Origin: an uncultured bacterium
GTDB taxonomy: Bacteria; Patescibacteriota; Saccharimonadia; Saccharimonadales; OFTM59
Assembly (NCBI GenBank): GCA_966685145.1
Contig: CBKXXB010000001.1
Coordinates: forward strand, 633-64,632
Reading direction: 5' to 3'
Length of the DNA: 64,000 bases
Positions 39,596-49,472 of this stretch are shown here, one piece after another. The position numbers were made by a program, and so were the translations under genes. The notes beneath the pieces were generated by a model. That model saw only the letters and a list, made by a program, of their open reading frames with translations. It was not told where the DNA came from and searched no databases. Position 1 is the stretch's first letter. The number at the start of each line of letters is the position of its first letter.

Positions 39596-40300
39596 TCAAG
39601 CCCTTTCTTTTCTCCTGATGTCGCTTAAGCGAACGAAGCGAAATACCGCTACCGAAGCCCATCCCAATGCAAAACCGCCCAGTATGTCAATCGGTGCATG
39701 TACGCCTAGAAATACCCTTGATACGCCTACGCCAACGATGACTGCCGGGCCAATCCATTTATGTTTTTTAGGCAGAACATGCCAAAAAACCAATCCGATC
39801 GCCGTAGCCATGGCCATATGTCCTGACGGAAAACCGGGTCCGCGAATTAGCTGGTCTCGGTAAACAAGATCAGTAAAAAATTCATGCGGCCGCCCCCTGC
39901 CGTACAGGTCCTTCGCCACACCAGCTGCCAGATATGCCAAAAGCCCACTCATAAGCAGGCGAATCACTACGGAATAATGTTTGATTACTAAACAAAGGAG
40001 CGAAAGTGCGAAGAGCATCATAATGCCGCCGAGCTGTGTTATTGCCAAGAAAAAGGGTGTAAAGAACTCCGGTAAATCATAGATGGCTTTAAACAACCAC
40101 TTCTCCCATCCCGCCATGGTTCCGTCACGAACCATGATAACCGAAGCCCAAAATAACGCCACCGCTAATACCAGCTGCACTTCAGGGCGCCTTAATTTTT
40201 TTGTAAGCTTTGGTTTTTCTACTTGTTTCTTAGCCATGAGCGTCTTTACGACTAGTTTATATCGAAGCCTTCCTGGATACAAATCTGTTCCCGTCAACAT
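39596..40300 (-). CDS. PAP2-family membrane phosphatase
   Basis: 234 aa. PAP2 motifs KDLYGRGRP, PSGH, and SRVFLGVHAPID. Confidence 0.7.
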   Translation of the reverse strand: MLTGTDLYPGRLRYKLVVKTLMAKKQVEKPKLTKKLRRPEVQLVLAVALFWASVIMVRDGTMAGWEKWLFKAIYDLPEFFTPFFLAITQLGGIMMLFALSLLCLVIKHYSVVIRLLMSGLLAYLAAGVAKDLYGRGRPHEFFTDLVYRDQLIRGPGFPSGHMAMATAIGLVFWHVLPKKHKWIGPAVIVGVGVSRVFLGVHAPIDILGGFALGWASVAVFRFVRLSDIRRKERA

Positions 40301-40826
40301 AAAAGCGCCAAGGCTGATCTGCCGCCTTAGTGATACCTATGCGCGTAGCCTGGGTAATATGCCCAGGCTTAAAGCCTGGTTCGAGTCTTAGCGTGCTTTT
40401 ATTAATTGTCGCGCCACTGAGAGACCTAGTGATTCCCATGGCCTGTACAAGCTTGGCTGGACCATTTGTCAGTTGCTCTATGTTGCTTATTCCGCGCCTT
40501 TCAATCATTAGGCTGACGCCTTCAACCGGCTCAAGCGCCCTTATAAGCACCCCTTCACCTCTTCCGGCTCCCCCGGCAACCAAATTAACGCAGTAATGCA
40601 TACCGTAAGTAAAGTACACGTAAATAGTGCCGGCTTCTCGGAACATCGGCAGATTACGGACTCGGGGGCCGCCATAAGCATGGCTGGCCGGGTCGTCCTC
40701 GTTATAGGCTTCCGCTTCTACTATGTAGCCTGAAGTCCTGCCCTCTGGCGTTTCATGCACAAGCTTCCAGCCCAGTACATTCCGGGCGCCGTTTAAAGCA
40801 TCCGGCAGCAAAGCAGCAATTGTCAT
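40257..40826 (-). CDS. mpg: DNA-3-methyladenine glycosylase (AAG/Mpg family)
   Basis: 189 aa. LGWKLVHE, YIVEAEAYNEDDPASHAY and IYVYFTYGMHYCVNLV are typical of Mpg. Confidence 0.8.
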   Translation of the reverse strand: MTIAALLPDALNGARNVLGWKLVHETPEGRTSGYIVEAEAYNEDDPASHAYGGPRVRNLPMFREAGTIYVYFTYGMHYCVNLVAGGAGRGEGVLIRALEPVEGVSLMIERRGISNIEQLTNGPAKLVQAMGITRSLSGATINKSTLRLEPGFKPGHITQATRIGITKAADQPWRFYVDGNRFVSRKASI

Positions 40827-40923
40827 AAATCCCCCACTTTTGCAACTAGGTACTCTGTTAGGCGTGCGTGAAGCTCACAGCCTTGCTGTAAATCACGGAC
40901 ATATGGCGGTACGAGCGCGGAGG

Positions 40924-42810
40924 TCACCAACCGCCGCCTCCGCCGCCTCCGCCGCCGCCACCCGATGAGCCACCGCTAAATCCGCTTGATCCCGAGCTAC
41001 TCGGAGCAGTGAACGAGCTTGTACTTGCATTAGTAAATCCACCTAGTGATGAGGCAAGATGCACCGAATTAAAGGCCCGCCAATTGCCACTGTACCAGTC
41101 TGGTGGTGCTGTATAGAGATGCTCGAATTGCTTAGCCCAATCCTTCTCAATTCCGAACAGCATTGCATAAGGAAGCAGTTTCTCGAACAACTTTACTTGG
41201 CTTTTCGGGTTATTAGGATCAATATCTTTTGGCAGTTTTTCTGCACCTTCGGGGCTTTGAAGTATCTTGAGGCGTTCGGTTTCCGCTAATTTCATATAAT
41301 CTTTGAGCCCCAATAGATATTCTTTAGTAGCAACACCTAGTTGACTGCGTGCCGGCATCTTACCGGACACCAGTATAGTGAGAAAGCCACTTAGTCCTAG
41401 ACCAAACGCAAACGGTATCGTTACTACAGCAAAACCAATAACGAACGCGATAACTAACATTACAATGCCCGCCACGATGTATCTTTGGCGTGTTTTATGG
41501 GGATCATTCTTAAAATAACCCTGTTCATAAAGTTTTCTTGTCACAGACTCGTCAAGACTTTGAATATTAGTATGTAGTTTATTCTTGAGCGAAGAAAGTT
41601 TTACCTTACCGCCAACAACTACTCCGTCGGAAAAGAACATTCTTAGAGCCGCCATTTCATCGTTCCCTAATTCGCTGGGGTCTTTGACAATCTCAAGCTC
41701 ATAATCCGTCTTACCGAGAAGTCCTTCCTTTGGTACTTCATATATGTGCAGGTATTTCTTCACCGCCAGCTCAACGATCAGCGCCGACACGGACTTACTC
41801 TCCAGGCGTTCGTTCAAAACGATACTGCTGCTTAGCGCATTCAATTCTTTTGGCGGCAGATACTCCGGCACAATGACGCCACGGCCCGATGGATCCTTGC
41901 CGTCACGATACCAGCGCCTATATAGAGTTGTGGCGGTTATCGCTACAGGAAGTATTAAGCTGGCTGCGGCGGCAATCATCAGCAGTTTTTGTCGTCGCTC
42001 CTCAGCTTCTATTTCCGGACCTAGAACAAATGTACCCTTGTCGAATCCAAGCACAACGGTTAGCGTTTGGCTCGGACCCAGGTTAGTAACCGAAGATGTC
42101 AGCACTGTCACGTCGTCAGTCTCTAGACGGTTTATTGTACAGCCGCCCTGTTCATTGAATCCATAAGAACCGGCAAAACACAGATAGTTGTCCTGTAAAT
42201 GGTCTCTGATGTTCTTAGATACATGTATACGTGCCGTGACCAGACCGAAGTTCTGAGACCACTGGTCGCCATTGATATCCCAGTAGAATTCGTCATGGGA
42301 GTCCTCAAAACTCACCACGTTCTTCATGCGGTAATTAATATGGTACGTTTGCAGATTATGTACGTACTTGTCTGCATCGCCGATCTTAACTACAAGATTA
42401 TCATTCTCTGTATAGGTGGTGTACGGCCATGGTTTAGCGTTATGATCGGTCACGCTTTCTACCTCAAGGCTTAACGTGCGGCCTTTATATGTCTTTGGGA
42501 TCGCGCGCAGGATACCGTGATTTTGATCAAAATCCGGAAATATAACTTGTATATTCTCGCGCACGGTAAGCGTGGCCGTGTTGAGCTCGTTGCGATCCAA
42601 ATAATAGTCGGCCTCAAATGACTCTATCGTAAAATCGTTCACATCTGCTTTGACAACAGTAGAAGAATAAAGGCTAAATAAAAACCCGAATACAATAACA
42701 AACAAGAAACGTAACCAGATACGAATATTTGTTGGCATCGTGCTAGCCGCCGTTATTTTCCAGTTCATAGATGCGACCATGATCGAGCCCAAAGTAATGC
42801 GCCACTTCAT
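40924..42810 (-). CDS. DUF2207-family membrane protein with a C-terminal Gly/Ser-rich tail
   Basis: 628 aa. N-terminal signal/TM, a large extracytoplasmic domain, and TM helices mid-protein. The C-terminus is SSGSSGFSGGSSGGGGGGGGGGGW, encoded by a (GGC/GGA)n tract at 40927-40975. Confidence 0.6.
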   Translation of the reverse strand: MKWRITLGSIMVASMNWKITAASTMPTNIRIWLRFLFVIVFGFLFSLYSSTVVKADVNDFTIESFEADYYLDRNELNTATLTVRENIQVIFPDFDQNHGILRAIPKTYKGRTLSLEVESVTDHNAKPWPYTTYTENDNLVVKIGDADKYVHNLQTYHINYRMKNVVSFEDSHDEFYWDINGDQWSQNFGLVTARIHVSKNIRDHLQDNYLCFAGSYGFNEQGGCTINRLETDDVTVLTSSVTNLGPSQTLTVVLGFDKGTFVLGPEIEAEERRQKLLMIAAAASLILPVAITATTLYRRWYRDGKDPSGRGVIVPEYLPPKELNALSSSIVLNERLESKSVSALIVELAVKKYLHIYEVPKEGLLGKTDYELEIVKDPSELGNDEMAALRMFFSDGVVVGGKVKLSSLKNKLHTNIQSLDESVTRKLYEQGYFKNDPHKTRQRYIVAGIVMLVIAFVIGFAVVTIPFAFGLGLSGFLTILVSGKMPARSQLGVATKEYLLGLKDYMKLAETERLKILQSPEGAEKLPKDIDPNNPKSQVKLFEKLLPYAMLFGIEKDWAKQFEHLYTAPPDWYSGNWRAFNSVHLASSLGGFTNASTSSFTAPSSSGSSGFSGGSSGGGGGGGGGGGW

Positions 42811-43129
42811 GCCATACGGTATGCCGTATGTTCATTTCAAGCTCTTCAAGGTCATGAGCCTGACTTAGTGCCGGGTTCTTAAATATAGTGATTTTGTCAG
42901 GCAACACCCCGCTATAGCTGGTCCCTCTCTTAGTAAGCGGCAACCCCTCGTAAAGGCCGAATAAGGTTTGTCCATGATGGAGTTTGAGCCGGCGTCTTTG
43001 CTCTTCGGTAGGATCGTTTTCAATTACAAATGCCAGATTTTCTATGCGCGTAGCGTACTGGTCAGGAATCGCGTCAAGCGCAGTCTTAACTATCGTTTCA
43101 AATTCGTGGTCAGATATATCAACAGCCAT
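42743..43129 (-). CDS. Small zincin-like metallopeptidase-family protein (HExxH)
   Basis: 128 aa with HEVAH (WHEVAHYFG). It overlaps the DUF2207 start. Confidence 0.55.
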   Translation of the reverse strand: MAVDISDHEFETIVKTALDAIPDQYATRIENLAFVIENDPTEEQRRRLKLHHGQTLFGLYEGLPLTKRGTSYSGVLPDKITIFKNPALSQAHDLEELEMNIRHTVWHEVAHYFGLDHGRIYELENNGG

Positions 43130-43165
43130 GGTTTGTTATTTCCCTAAATCTAATTATACTCAAGC

Positions 43166-43630
43166 TTGTCCGCTATGAGTAAAAAACTGCTTATCATTTT
43201 GATTATCCTAAGCCTTATCCTTGCTGGGCTCGGGTATATACTACTGCGGCCAGAAACTGACTCGTCCCCTTCCGTAGCCGCTCCCATCAATGAATCGGTT
43301 GGAGTATTGAGTTCTGGCAATAAGGGTTCCTACGTTGAATATTCGAGTGACATCATAGAAAAGACTTCAGGTCAGAAAGTTCTGTTCTTCCATGCCCCGT
43401 GGTGCCCGCAGTGCCGCTCCATCGAGCAGGGTATTGAAGATCAAGGCGTGCCGGATGGTGTGACCGTAATCAAGGTCGACTACGACAGCAACCAGGCGCT
43501 TCGCAAGAAGTATGGCGTTACATTGCAAACAACTTTTGTAAAAGTTGATGACCGCGCTAACTTGGTAGATAAGTATGTAGCCTACAATGAACCGACTTTC
43601 GACGCGGTCAAACGTAACTTTTTAAAGTGA
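43166..43630 (+). CDS. Membrane-anchored thioredoxin-like protein (TlpA/ResA-like)
   Basis: 154 aa. N-terminal TM and WCPQC active site (FFHAPWCPQCRS). Confidence 0.65.
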   Translation: MSAMSKKLLIILIILSLILAGLGYILLRPETDSSPSVAAPINESVGVLSSGNKGSYVEYSSDIIEKTSGQKVLFFHAPWCPQCRSIEQGIEDQGVPDGVTVIKVDYDSNQALRKKYGVTLQTTFVKVDDRANLVDKYVAYNEPTFDAVKRNFLK

Positions 43631-44370
43631 TGGAACTATTCGTTATATCCTTTCTCGCCGGCGTCCTCACCGTAGCAGCACCTTGCATACTGCCACTTCT
43701 ACCTGTTATTGTCGGCGGCTCAATTGCCAGAACCGGTGATACCAAGGATCAACAGAAAAATTGGTATAGACCTCTTATAGTTGCCCTCAGCTTAGCCGTT
43801 TCCGTCATTATATTCACGCTGCTCCTAAAGGCCACCACGACGTTCCTCGGCGTTCCACAAACGGTTTGGCAAGTTATTGCCGGAATAATCGTAGCCGGGC
43901 TAGGGATTAATTTTGTATGGCCGGAGCTCTGGGAAAAAATTGCTCTTAAGACGGGGCTTCATATGGGGGCTAACAAATTCTTAGGCAAAAACGTCACAAA
44001 GAGAGGTCTAGGCGGCGATGTAATTACCGGCTTTGCTCTTGGTCCAGTCTTTAATAGCTGTAGCCCGACCTATGCATTGATAGTCGTTACTGTACTGCCC
44101 GCTTCGTTTATTACAGGCCTTTCGTACTTAGTCGCATATGCGGCTGGTCTTGCTGGCATGCTTTTGCTGGTGACGTATCTCGGGCAATCTGTCGCAGCCA
44201 AGCTTGGCTGGCTTGCAAACCCTACTGGCTGGTTTCGCCGCACAGCCGGACTACTTTTTATTATTGTCGGAATATCTGTAGTAGCAGGACTGGATAAAAA
44301 AGTTCAGACGTATGTGCTTGAGCGCGGCTGGTATGATCCGGTTTCGCGTCTCGAGCAATCTTTAGATTAG
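43627..44370 (+). CDS. ccdA: Cytochrome c-type biogenesis protein CcdA (DsbD transmembrane-domain family)
   Basis: 247 aa, polytopic. Conserved Cys in TM1 (AAPCILPLLPV) and a second Cys (FNSCSPTY). It overlaps the thioredoxin-like gene's stop. Confidence 0.7.
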   Translation: MMELFVISFLAGVLTVAAPCILPLLPVIVGGSIARTGDTKDQQKNWYRPLIVALSLAVSVIIFTLLLKATTTFLGVPQTVWQVIAGIIVAGLGINFVWPELWEKIALKTGLHMGANKFLGKNVTKRGLGGDVITGFALGPVFNSCSPTYALIVVTVLPASFITGLSYLVAYAAGLAGMLLLVTYLGQSVAAKLGWLANPTGWFRRTAGLLFIIVGISVVAGLDKKVQTYVLERGWYDPVSRLEQSLD

Positions 44371-44451
44371 CGATCAATATTGAGATAAAATACAGCATCA
44401 TTACACCCCCGGTGTTCACTACGGCGTATGGTTGTGTTTAAATGAGGATTA

Positions 44452-44973
44452 ATGAGACGTCCGATTGCTATGATTGCGGCAGCTGGGATTTCTCTTGGAG
44501 CAGCAACGCCACTTGCTGACGGAGAAAGAGTGCTGGGTGGCCCTGCAGAAGCCGAGCCAACGGTTGAGCTGCTTTACAGAGAGGTTCAGCAAGACATCTT
44601 GCCGCGCCTTGGGACCGCAGGCCTAAAATTAGTAGAGCTGGTGCGCGATGATACTATTGGCCATGTAGCGCTCTTGCTAACATTTGATTCTTATTGCGGT
44701 ACGCAATTTTCATTCGAGACGGACGACTATACTCCCGAGCGTGATGCATCTGTAGGCTTTACGCTATACGGTCGATTAGCAGATCTACAGGACAGGTCCA
44801 AGATAAACGGCCATGCTATGTGGGACGGAACCATCGGACACGGCGATAATGTGGCGCATACTCCTTTTATATACCAGCCAGGCAACAATGAAAATGCAGA
44901 TCAGGTGGTAGAGCACATGAGGCATAACTCAGCCTTAGCCTGCGCTCAATTTCCGGACACCCCCAACCTTTAA
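44452..44973 (+). CDS. Hypothetical secreted protein (ORFan)
   Basis: 173 aa with a signal-peptide-like N-terminus (IAMIAAAGISLGAATPLA). No motif. Confidence 0.45.
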   Translation: MRRPIAMIAAAGISLGAATPLADGERVLGGPAEAEPTVELLYREVQQDILPRLGTAGLKLVELVRDDTIGHVALLLTFDSYCGTQFSFETDDYTPERDASVGFTLYGRLADLQDRSKINGHAMWDGTIGHGDNVAHTPFIYQPGNNENADQVVEHMRHNSALACAQFPDTPNL

Positions 44974-45018
44974 TCCTTACTAGTATTATGTACGTTTTTA
45001 TGTTATAATAGCGCTCCT

Positions 45019-46194
45019 ATGGATTTTGGAGCTTTTGAGCGCAATGTGTATGAACTGGCTGCCAATCTACGGGCAACACCAGTCGGCGAGAGCATTGATG
45101 ATTATCAAAAGTACCTGGGTCATCAGATAGCCCAGGCTATCAACACGAACCGCGATGAGCTTAGGGCCGAGTATCGGCTTGAGCCCAGCACAGATCTTGT
45201 CGACCGCCTGCAGCAACGGCTTGGAACCATTGCCGTACAATCCGATGAGGACACACGCGAGGGTTTGAGCGCTCTGGAGTGGGCACTAAGAGAAGATATC
45301 GAACATCGTCGTAAAATTGCCGAGTGGCTTGTGTCGGTCATCCCGAAAATGGAAAAGACGCAGACAAATTACCGGCGCGTAATTAAGTCTCTTCTTAATA
45401 AGCACGATCTTGTATATACAGAAGATGACATGCAGACAGCTGAAGAGGTTATGAACCCGCCCCGCCACGCTCACCTTGAGAGGGAAATAAAGAAAACGAG
45501 CGTTGACGAACTCGAAGACTATGAGTTAACCATAGTAGCTGAGGGGTTACTTAAAATCCTGGCCAAATTTGCACGACAAGGGCAACGGGTAAGGCAAGTT
45601 GACATGTATTCTCAACCAGACTTTATAAAGGTCGTGAGGTTAGTGAGCCCGGATGTGCCCGTTCGTCAAGCGCTTCACACAGCTTGGGGCATACTTACGG
45701 CATTCTTTGAGGACGAAGACCCTGACTACCAGCTATTCTCTGTAGAGGGCAAAGGTTTCAGCGGCAACTATATACTCAACGATCCGGATCTTGTCGAGGG
45801 AATCTGGGGCACAGAAGACGACACCGCCGAACAGCAGCCTGCAGATGCCGAGGAAGAGACCGAACGCGTCCGTCCATACCAAGGCCGCATAGTACGCATC
45901 ACCCGCAATAAATTGATACTGGATTCCGGTGATTACATACCACTCGAAGACGATGTACAGAGAGCAGCCGCACAACGGCTTTTAGACCGTGGGGCAGACT
46001 TTATCAGCACTGGCAGGCTCAGCCAGGAGATTTCAGAAGAGCTTCGTCAACCGCGCAGCGCCGTTGAGGAAAAGGCCCGCGAACTATTAAAATCGCTTGG
46101 GCCTAATTATCTCGAACGTCGCCTGAACCGCAAGAAAAACAAGGCTCTAGTTCGAATTCGTCCTAATGCCCGCGGTGTCATCCAGCCGAGATAG
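45019..46194 (+). CDS. Hypothetical protein (391 aa, ORFan)
   Basis: Long ORF with no assignable motif. It is convergent with the next gene, with only 1 nt between the two stop codons. Confidence 0.45.
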   Translation: MDFGAFERNVYELAANLRATPVGESIDDYQKYLGHQIAQAINTNRDELRAEYRLEPSTDLVDRLQQRLGTIAVQSDEDTREGLSALEWALREDIEHRRKIAEWLVSVIPKMEKTQTNYRRVIKSLLNKHDLVYTEDDMQTAEEVMNPPRHAHLEREIKKTSVDELEDYELTIVAEGLLKILAKFARQGQRVRQVDMYSQPDFIKVVRLVSPDVPVRQALHTAWGILTAFFEDEDPDYQLFSVEGKGFSGNYILNDPDLVEGIWGTEDDTAEQQPADAEEETERVRPYQGRIVRITRNKLILDSGDYIPLEDDVQRAAAQRLLDRGADFISTGRLSQEISEELRQPRSAVEEKARELLKSLGPNYLERRLNRKKNKALVRIRPNARGVIQPR

Positions 46195-46195
46195 A

Positions 46196-47140
46196 TTAGT
46201 CAGACAACTCGTACACGTCGGTGCCGAGAAAGAGATCTTCTCTTTCAGCTATATCAATGGCCCAGTTCCACAGCCTATTAATGGCCGATGTCCCGTTAAG
46301 CTTTGCCATGGCCGGGCAGCCCTGAGTTTCGAATGTTACGGCCGCTGACCCTACTGTCCTTGCTGAAGACGTGGATGGTGATTGTATTTGTACGATGGGC
46401 TGTTTGAAATCAACATACTCAGTACCGTCGCCTCTGGTTCTTAATTGAAGTGCTTGGACGTCTATAACAAACTGGGGGTCCAATGTCTCGCCGGCTAACT
46501 GCATCAATAATCCCGCAGCAGGCAGATGCTGGACATTTACAGCAGCCGCACGATTGATAAGAATGCTGCTTTGCCTGGCTATCTTAGCTATATCTTGCGA
46601 TTCAGCAGCCGGCAATTCGTTATTTGTGCGGTGGTTTCTTACAATACGGCTTACAGCCCGCAGAGCAGTTGTGGTTTCCTTTGCTGCAGTGCCTATACCT
46701 GATCGGATTAATTTTTCGGGTGACTCGTACCTGGCTCCTTCATAAGTTGAATTAAACACACTACAGACGTAACCCAGCCTTTGGTGTAGCGGAGTGGCTT
46801 CTTCTTCGTGCTTAGTAAGTACTTTTGCTGTCGCTGCACCTAGGGTAGGTCTGAGGAATTCATCCAATTCATAAAAGTCCCGCAGAGATGCCACGCGCTC
46901 CTCGCCCCAGTCAATGAGCCCGTAAGGCGGGAACTCCTGCTTGCCTTCAAGAGCCACGTCTAAAACCTCGTCTATAACGACTGCCAGTAAAGCGTATAAT
47001 TCAGGCCGCATTTCTTTGGCTCTGGCTACATTTTCCTGAAGATTCACTTCTTCGGGCATTAGGCCAATGTCGGGGACAGGCTCTATCAATGCTGGATCGG
47101 CTTTGTAGTCTTTAGCCATACTGACATAGGACGCACTCAT
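46196..47140 (-). CDS. Hypothetical protein (314 aa, ORFan)
   Basis: Long ORF with no assignable motif. Confidence 0.45.
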   Translation of the reverse strand: MSASYVSMAKDYKADPALIEPVPDIGLMPEEVNLQENVARAKEMRPELYALLAVVIDEVLDVALEGKQEFPPYGLIDWGEERVASLRDFYELDEFLRPTLGAATAKVLTKHEEEATPLHQRLGYVCSVFNSTYEGARYESPEKLIRSGIGTAAKETTTALRAVSRIVRNHRTNNELPAAESQDIAKIARQSSILINRAAAVNVQHLPAAGLLMQLAGETLDPQFVIDVQALQLRTRGDGTEYVDFKQPIVQIQSPSTSSARTVGSAAVTFETQGCPAMAKLNGTSAINRLWNWAIDIAEREDLFLGTDVYELSD

Positions 47141-47205
47141 AATTCAATATTCTACCACTTTTATATACTTTTAGCAAGTTTGTCGTCAAAGAGGATGAAG
47201 ATGAT

Positions 47206-47448
47206 GTGCCGGAAATTTGCCTCACGGTATCACACCCTGCAGTCGAAAGAGAGCACCGGATATATGATGACCGCGGCAAGGTTGTTAGCCGCCTAGTTCT
47301 TCAGGAACTATACGAGGCTCTCACCATAATTGTGACGTATGCGAACTCAGAGAGTGCCGGCAACATTCCACCCATAGATAGCAGCGACTTCCCCATTCCT
47401 GTTATTGACGCAGAGTTTCAAGCGTTGGCTTTGCGGCTCCAAAGTTAA
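47206..47448 (+). CDS. Small hypothetical protein (80 aa)
   Basis: Short ORF in the gap between two minus-strand genes. Coding status uncertain. Confidence 0.3.
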   Translation: MPEICLTVSHPAVEREHRIYDDRGKVVSRLVLQELYEALTIIVTYANSESAGNIPPIDSSDFPIPVIDAEFQALALRLQS

Positions 47449-47463
47449 ACGATTAGTTTGATA

Positions 47464-47976
47464 TCACGAAGTTTCCACAGCTACAGTTGGGTCTTTATCT
47501 AAGCTCACATAGTAAGCCGCGTCGCCATAAACTTCATACTCCAACCTAAGATATTCCTTATCCTCCGTTACGTCGGTACTGAACACTATGGGAGCACGGT
47601 CATCATTGGGTGGTACGATAACCGCCAGCTCATCGAACACGAGCTGATGTAACGGCGGCAATGAGAGCTCGGTTGCTTCATCATCGACCGCACTAGCTCT
47701 TATTCGCGTGTATGGTAATGGTTGAGCATTTGTAAAAGGATTTCTATAAACAAATACTATACCTCTTGTTGGTCGGAAAACTCCATCGTATCTAACCCTC
47801 CCGCCACTACGTCTAAGGTCAGGATTAGCCGCGACCTGATCAATGACATGTTGGGATAAGGTCACAAACGCACCAAGGGCTCTTGCTGTTTCTCTGTAAT
47901 GAGCGTAAATACCCGGGTCGGTATCAGGAGTTAGCAAGCGCCCCGGTGAGTAAGGTATAGGCTCTAGAGATCTCAT
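47464..47976 (-). CDS. Hypothetical protein (170 aa, ORFan)
   Basis: ORF with no motif. Part of a same-strand run of ORFans. Confidence 0.4.
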   Translation of the reverse strand: MRSLEPIPYSPGRLLTPDTDPGIYAHYRETARALGAFVTLSQHVIDQVAANPDLRRSGGRVRYDGVFRPTRGIVFVYRNPFTNAQPLPYTRIRASAVDDEATELSLPPLHQLVFDELAVIVPPNDDRAPIVFSTDVTEDKEYLRLEYEVYGDAAYYVSLDKDPTVAVETS

Positions 47977-48013
47977 TCGTAATTACTCCGCTTGGATTAT
48001 TTGCACTTACTGA

Positions 48014-48457
48014 TTAGGATGATGGGCCCAATATTTCAAGGCGCACGGTCCATTGATCACGGCCCCATTGGTTGTTTTGGTCTTGTGTAGTTTCGATGGC
48101 AGTATCATATCTGTCCCTGCCAGCAGCTTCGGCTACGACTTGCATAGCTGCTAGTGAACCTACTGCCCATGACTCATTCATAACTGTCCATGTGACGCTA
48201 GGTACCGTTGCTTCACGGTGACATCCAAGCAACACGCCGCCTATTTTCCGACCTTTAGCTTGCATGAATTCAGGTACAACAGCCCTGGCATAATCCAGTG
48301 CCGCCTCCGGATCAATGACGCCAACAGTTCCGCGTAACTGCGCAGCGGCCTCGGTTACTCTTTCGGCGTCCAAGGTTGCTGCTGCTTCGGGATAATCTTC
48401 AGAAGTAGGCCTCACCGGAAGCTTGGACCTAACTATAGGATCATTCATCAGACTCAT
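48014..48457 (-). CDS. Hypothetical protein (147 aa, ORFan)
   Basis: ORF with no motif. Confidence 0.4.
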   Translation of the reverse strand: MSLMNDPIVRSKLPVRPTSEDYPEAAATLDAERVTEAAAQLRGTVGVIDPEAALDYARAVVPEFMQAKGRKIGGVLLGCHREATVPSVTWTVMNESWAVGSLAAMQVVAEAAGRDRYDTAIETTQDQNNQWGRDQWTVRLEILGPSS

Positions 48458-48594
48458 AGTATCCCCTGTTTCTCCATACAGGTATACGCTTTAATCCTTA
48501 GTCAAGCAAGCATAAGTAGCTTCGGTTTTTTAGCCACTGTCGAGTAGGGTCGATTAAAATGTGCACATTACCGAGTTATGATAAGAAACTGTGA

Positions 48595-49434
48595 TTAACT
48601 GTGCAACGCAGAAGCTGCGCGGTCGTACAGTGGCTGCGATAAGACCGGATAAGGAATTGTAGCTCCGTGCGCAGCCGGTTCGCGCAAACTTCGACCCTCT
48701 ACGCGGGGAGTATAAGCCCCATAACCTGCACCAATAAAAGCAATGTCGCCTAGGATGCCCGCGGAATTACAGGCAGCTTCTTTACGCCTGTTATAGTCAA
48801 GAGGCGGATCGCTAGGATCAAATTCACTATCTACGACAGACATGTCCATCGCCTGGCAATATTCAACGCCAGCATCTCGTATCATGGTCTCTGGTTCTTG
48901 CGAAATTGCTCCGATTGCAGCAGTAATCCTTAAATCTTGTGTAAGGAACATTCTGGTGACAGAACCGGATGAATTGCCCACTACCGGCGCAGAACGGACA
49001 TCCGAGTCCTTCGCTACATATGTCATAGCAATGACGGCATCCGGACTAGGCATTGATAACCTGATCTGCTTGGTTACTCCATTGACTGTAGTAGTTATTG
49101 GTTCACTCTCTGCGAGTAATGTCATCAGTTTAAAGCCTATGTTGTGTTGCAGAGCCGCAACTCTAGAATCAGCGCCTCCCAGAATACCTATCCAAGTACC
49201 TTCAGTTGTTTGTCTGTAGCCTGATTCCCTCAGTGATTGTCTTAACTGTTCATTCGCTTCGGCATCATTAGTGGGAGCAGAAGCATTAGGTGCTTGCCAG
49301 GTAGTGGTAGGTCTTGATTCTACTTCAGGGGTTTCGCCCCCGCCACAGCCAGCAAGGACTCCTGTCATCAAAGTCGCCGCGACAAATTTTCTTCCTCTCA
49401 TATACGCTCTTTTTACCCTTATCGACTTGGACAT
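48595..49434 (-). CDS. Putative lipoprotein (279 aa, ORFan)
   Basis: N-terminal basic stretch and hydrophobic segment ending LAGCGGG, a lipobox-like L-A-G-C. Confidence 0.5.
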   Translation of the reverse strand: MSKSIRVKRAYMRGRKFVAATLMTGVLAGCGGGETPEVESRPTTTWQAPNASAPTNDAEANEQLRQSLRESGYRQTTEGTWIGILGGADSRVAALQHNIGFKLMTLLAESEPITTTVNGVTKQIRLSMPSPDAVIAMTYVAKDSDVRSAPVVGNSSGSVTRMFLTQDLRITAAIGAISQEPETMIRDAGVEYCQAMDMSVVDSEFDPSDPPLDYNRRKEAACNSAGILGDIAFIGAGYGAYTPRVEGRSLREPAAHGATIPYPVLSQPLYDRAASALHS

Positions 49435-49472
49435 TATGCGCCGTGTATGTTTATTTGTCCAAAAAGTTCAGG

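Noticed and set aside
39546-39863. 105-aa plus-strand ORF overlapping the PAP2 phosphatase gene
   Set aside because: It overlaps a minus-strand gene with clear PAP2 motifs. Its translation is Pro/Thr/Ala-rich with no features. Likely spurious.
44370-45020. Looked for a direct repeat of the tRNA 3' end (…GGATTCGAACC…CCAGGGGC) marking a distal island boundary, and for integrase or transposase genes
   Set aside because: I could find no convincing repeat by eye near 44370-45020 or 55800-56800, and no recombinase-like ORF in the block. The island interpretation therefore rests only on composition and the ORFan content.
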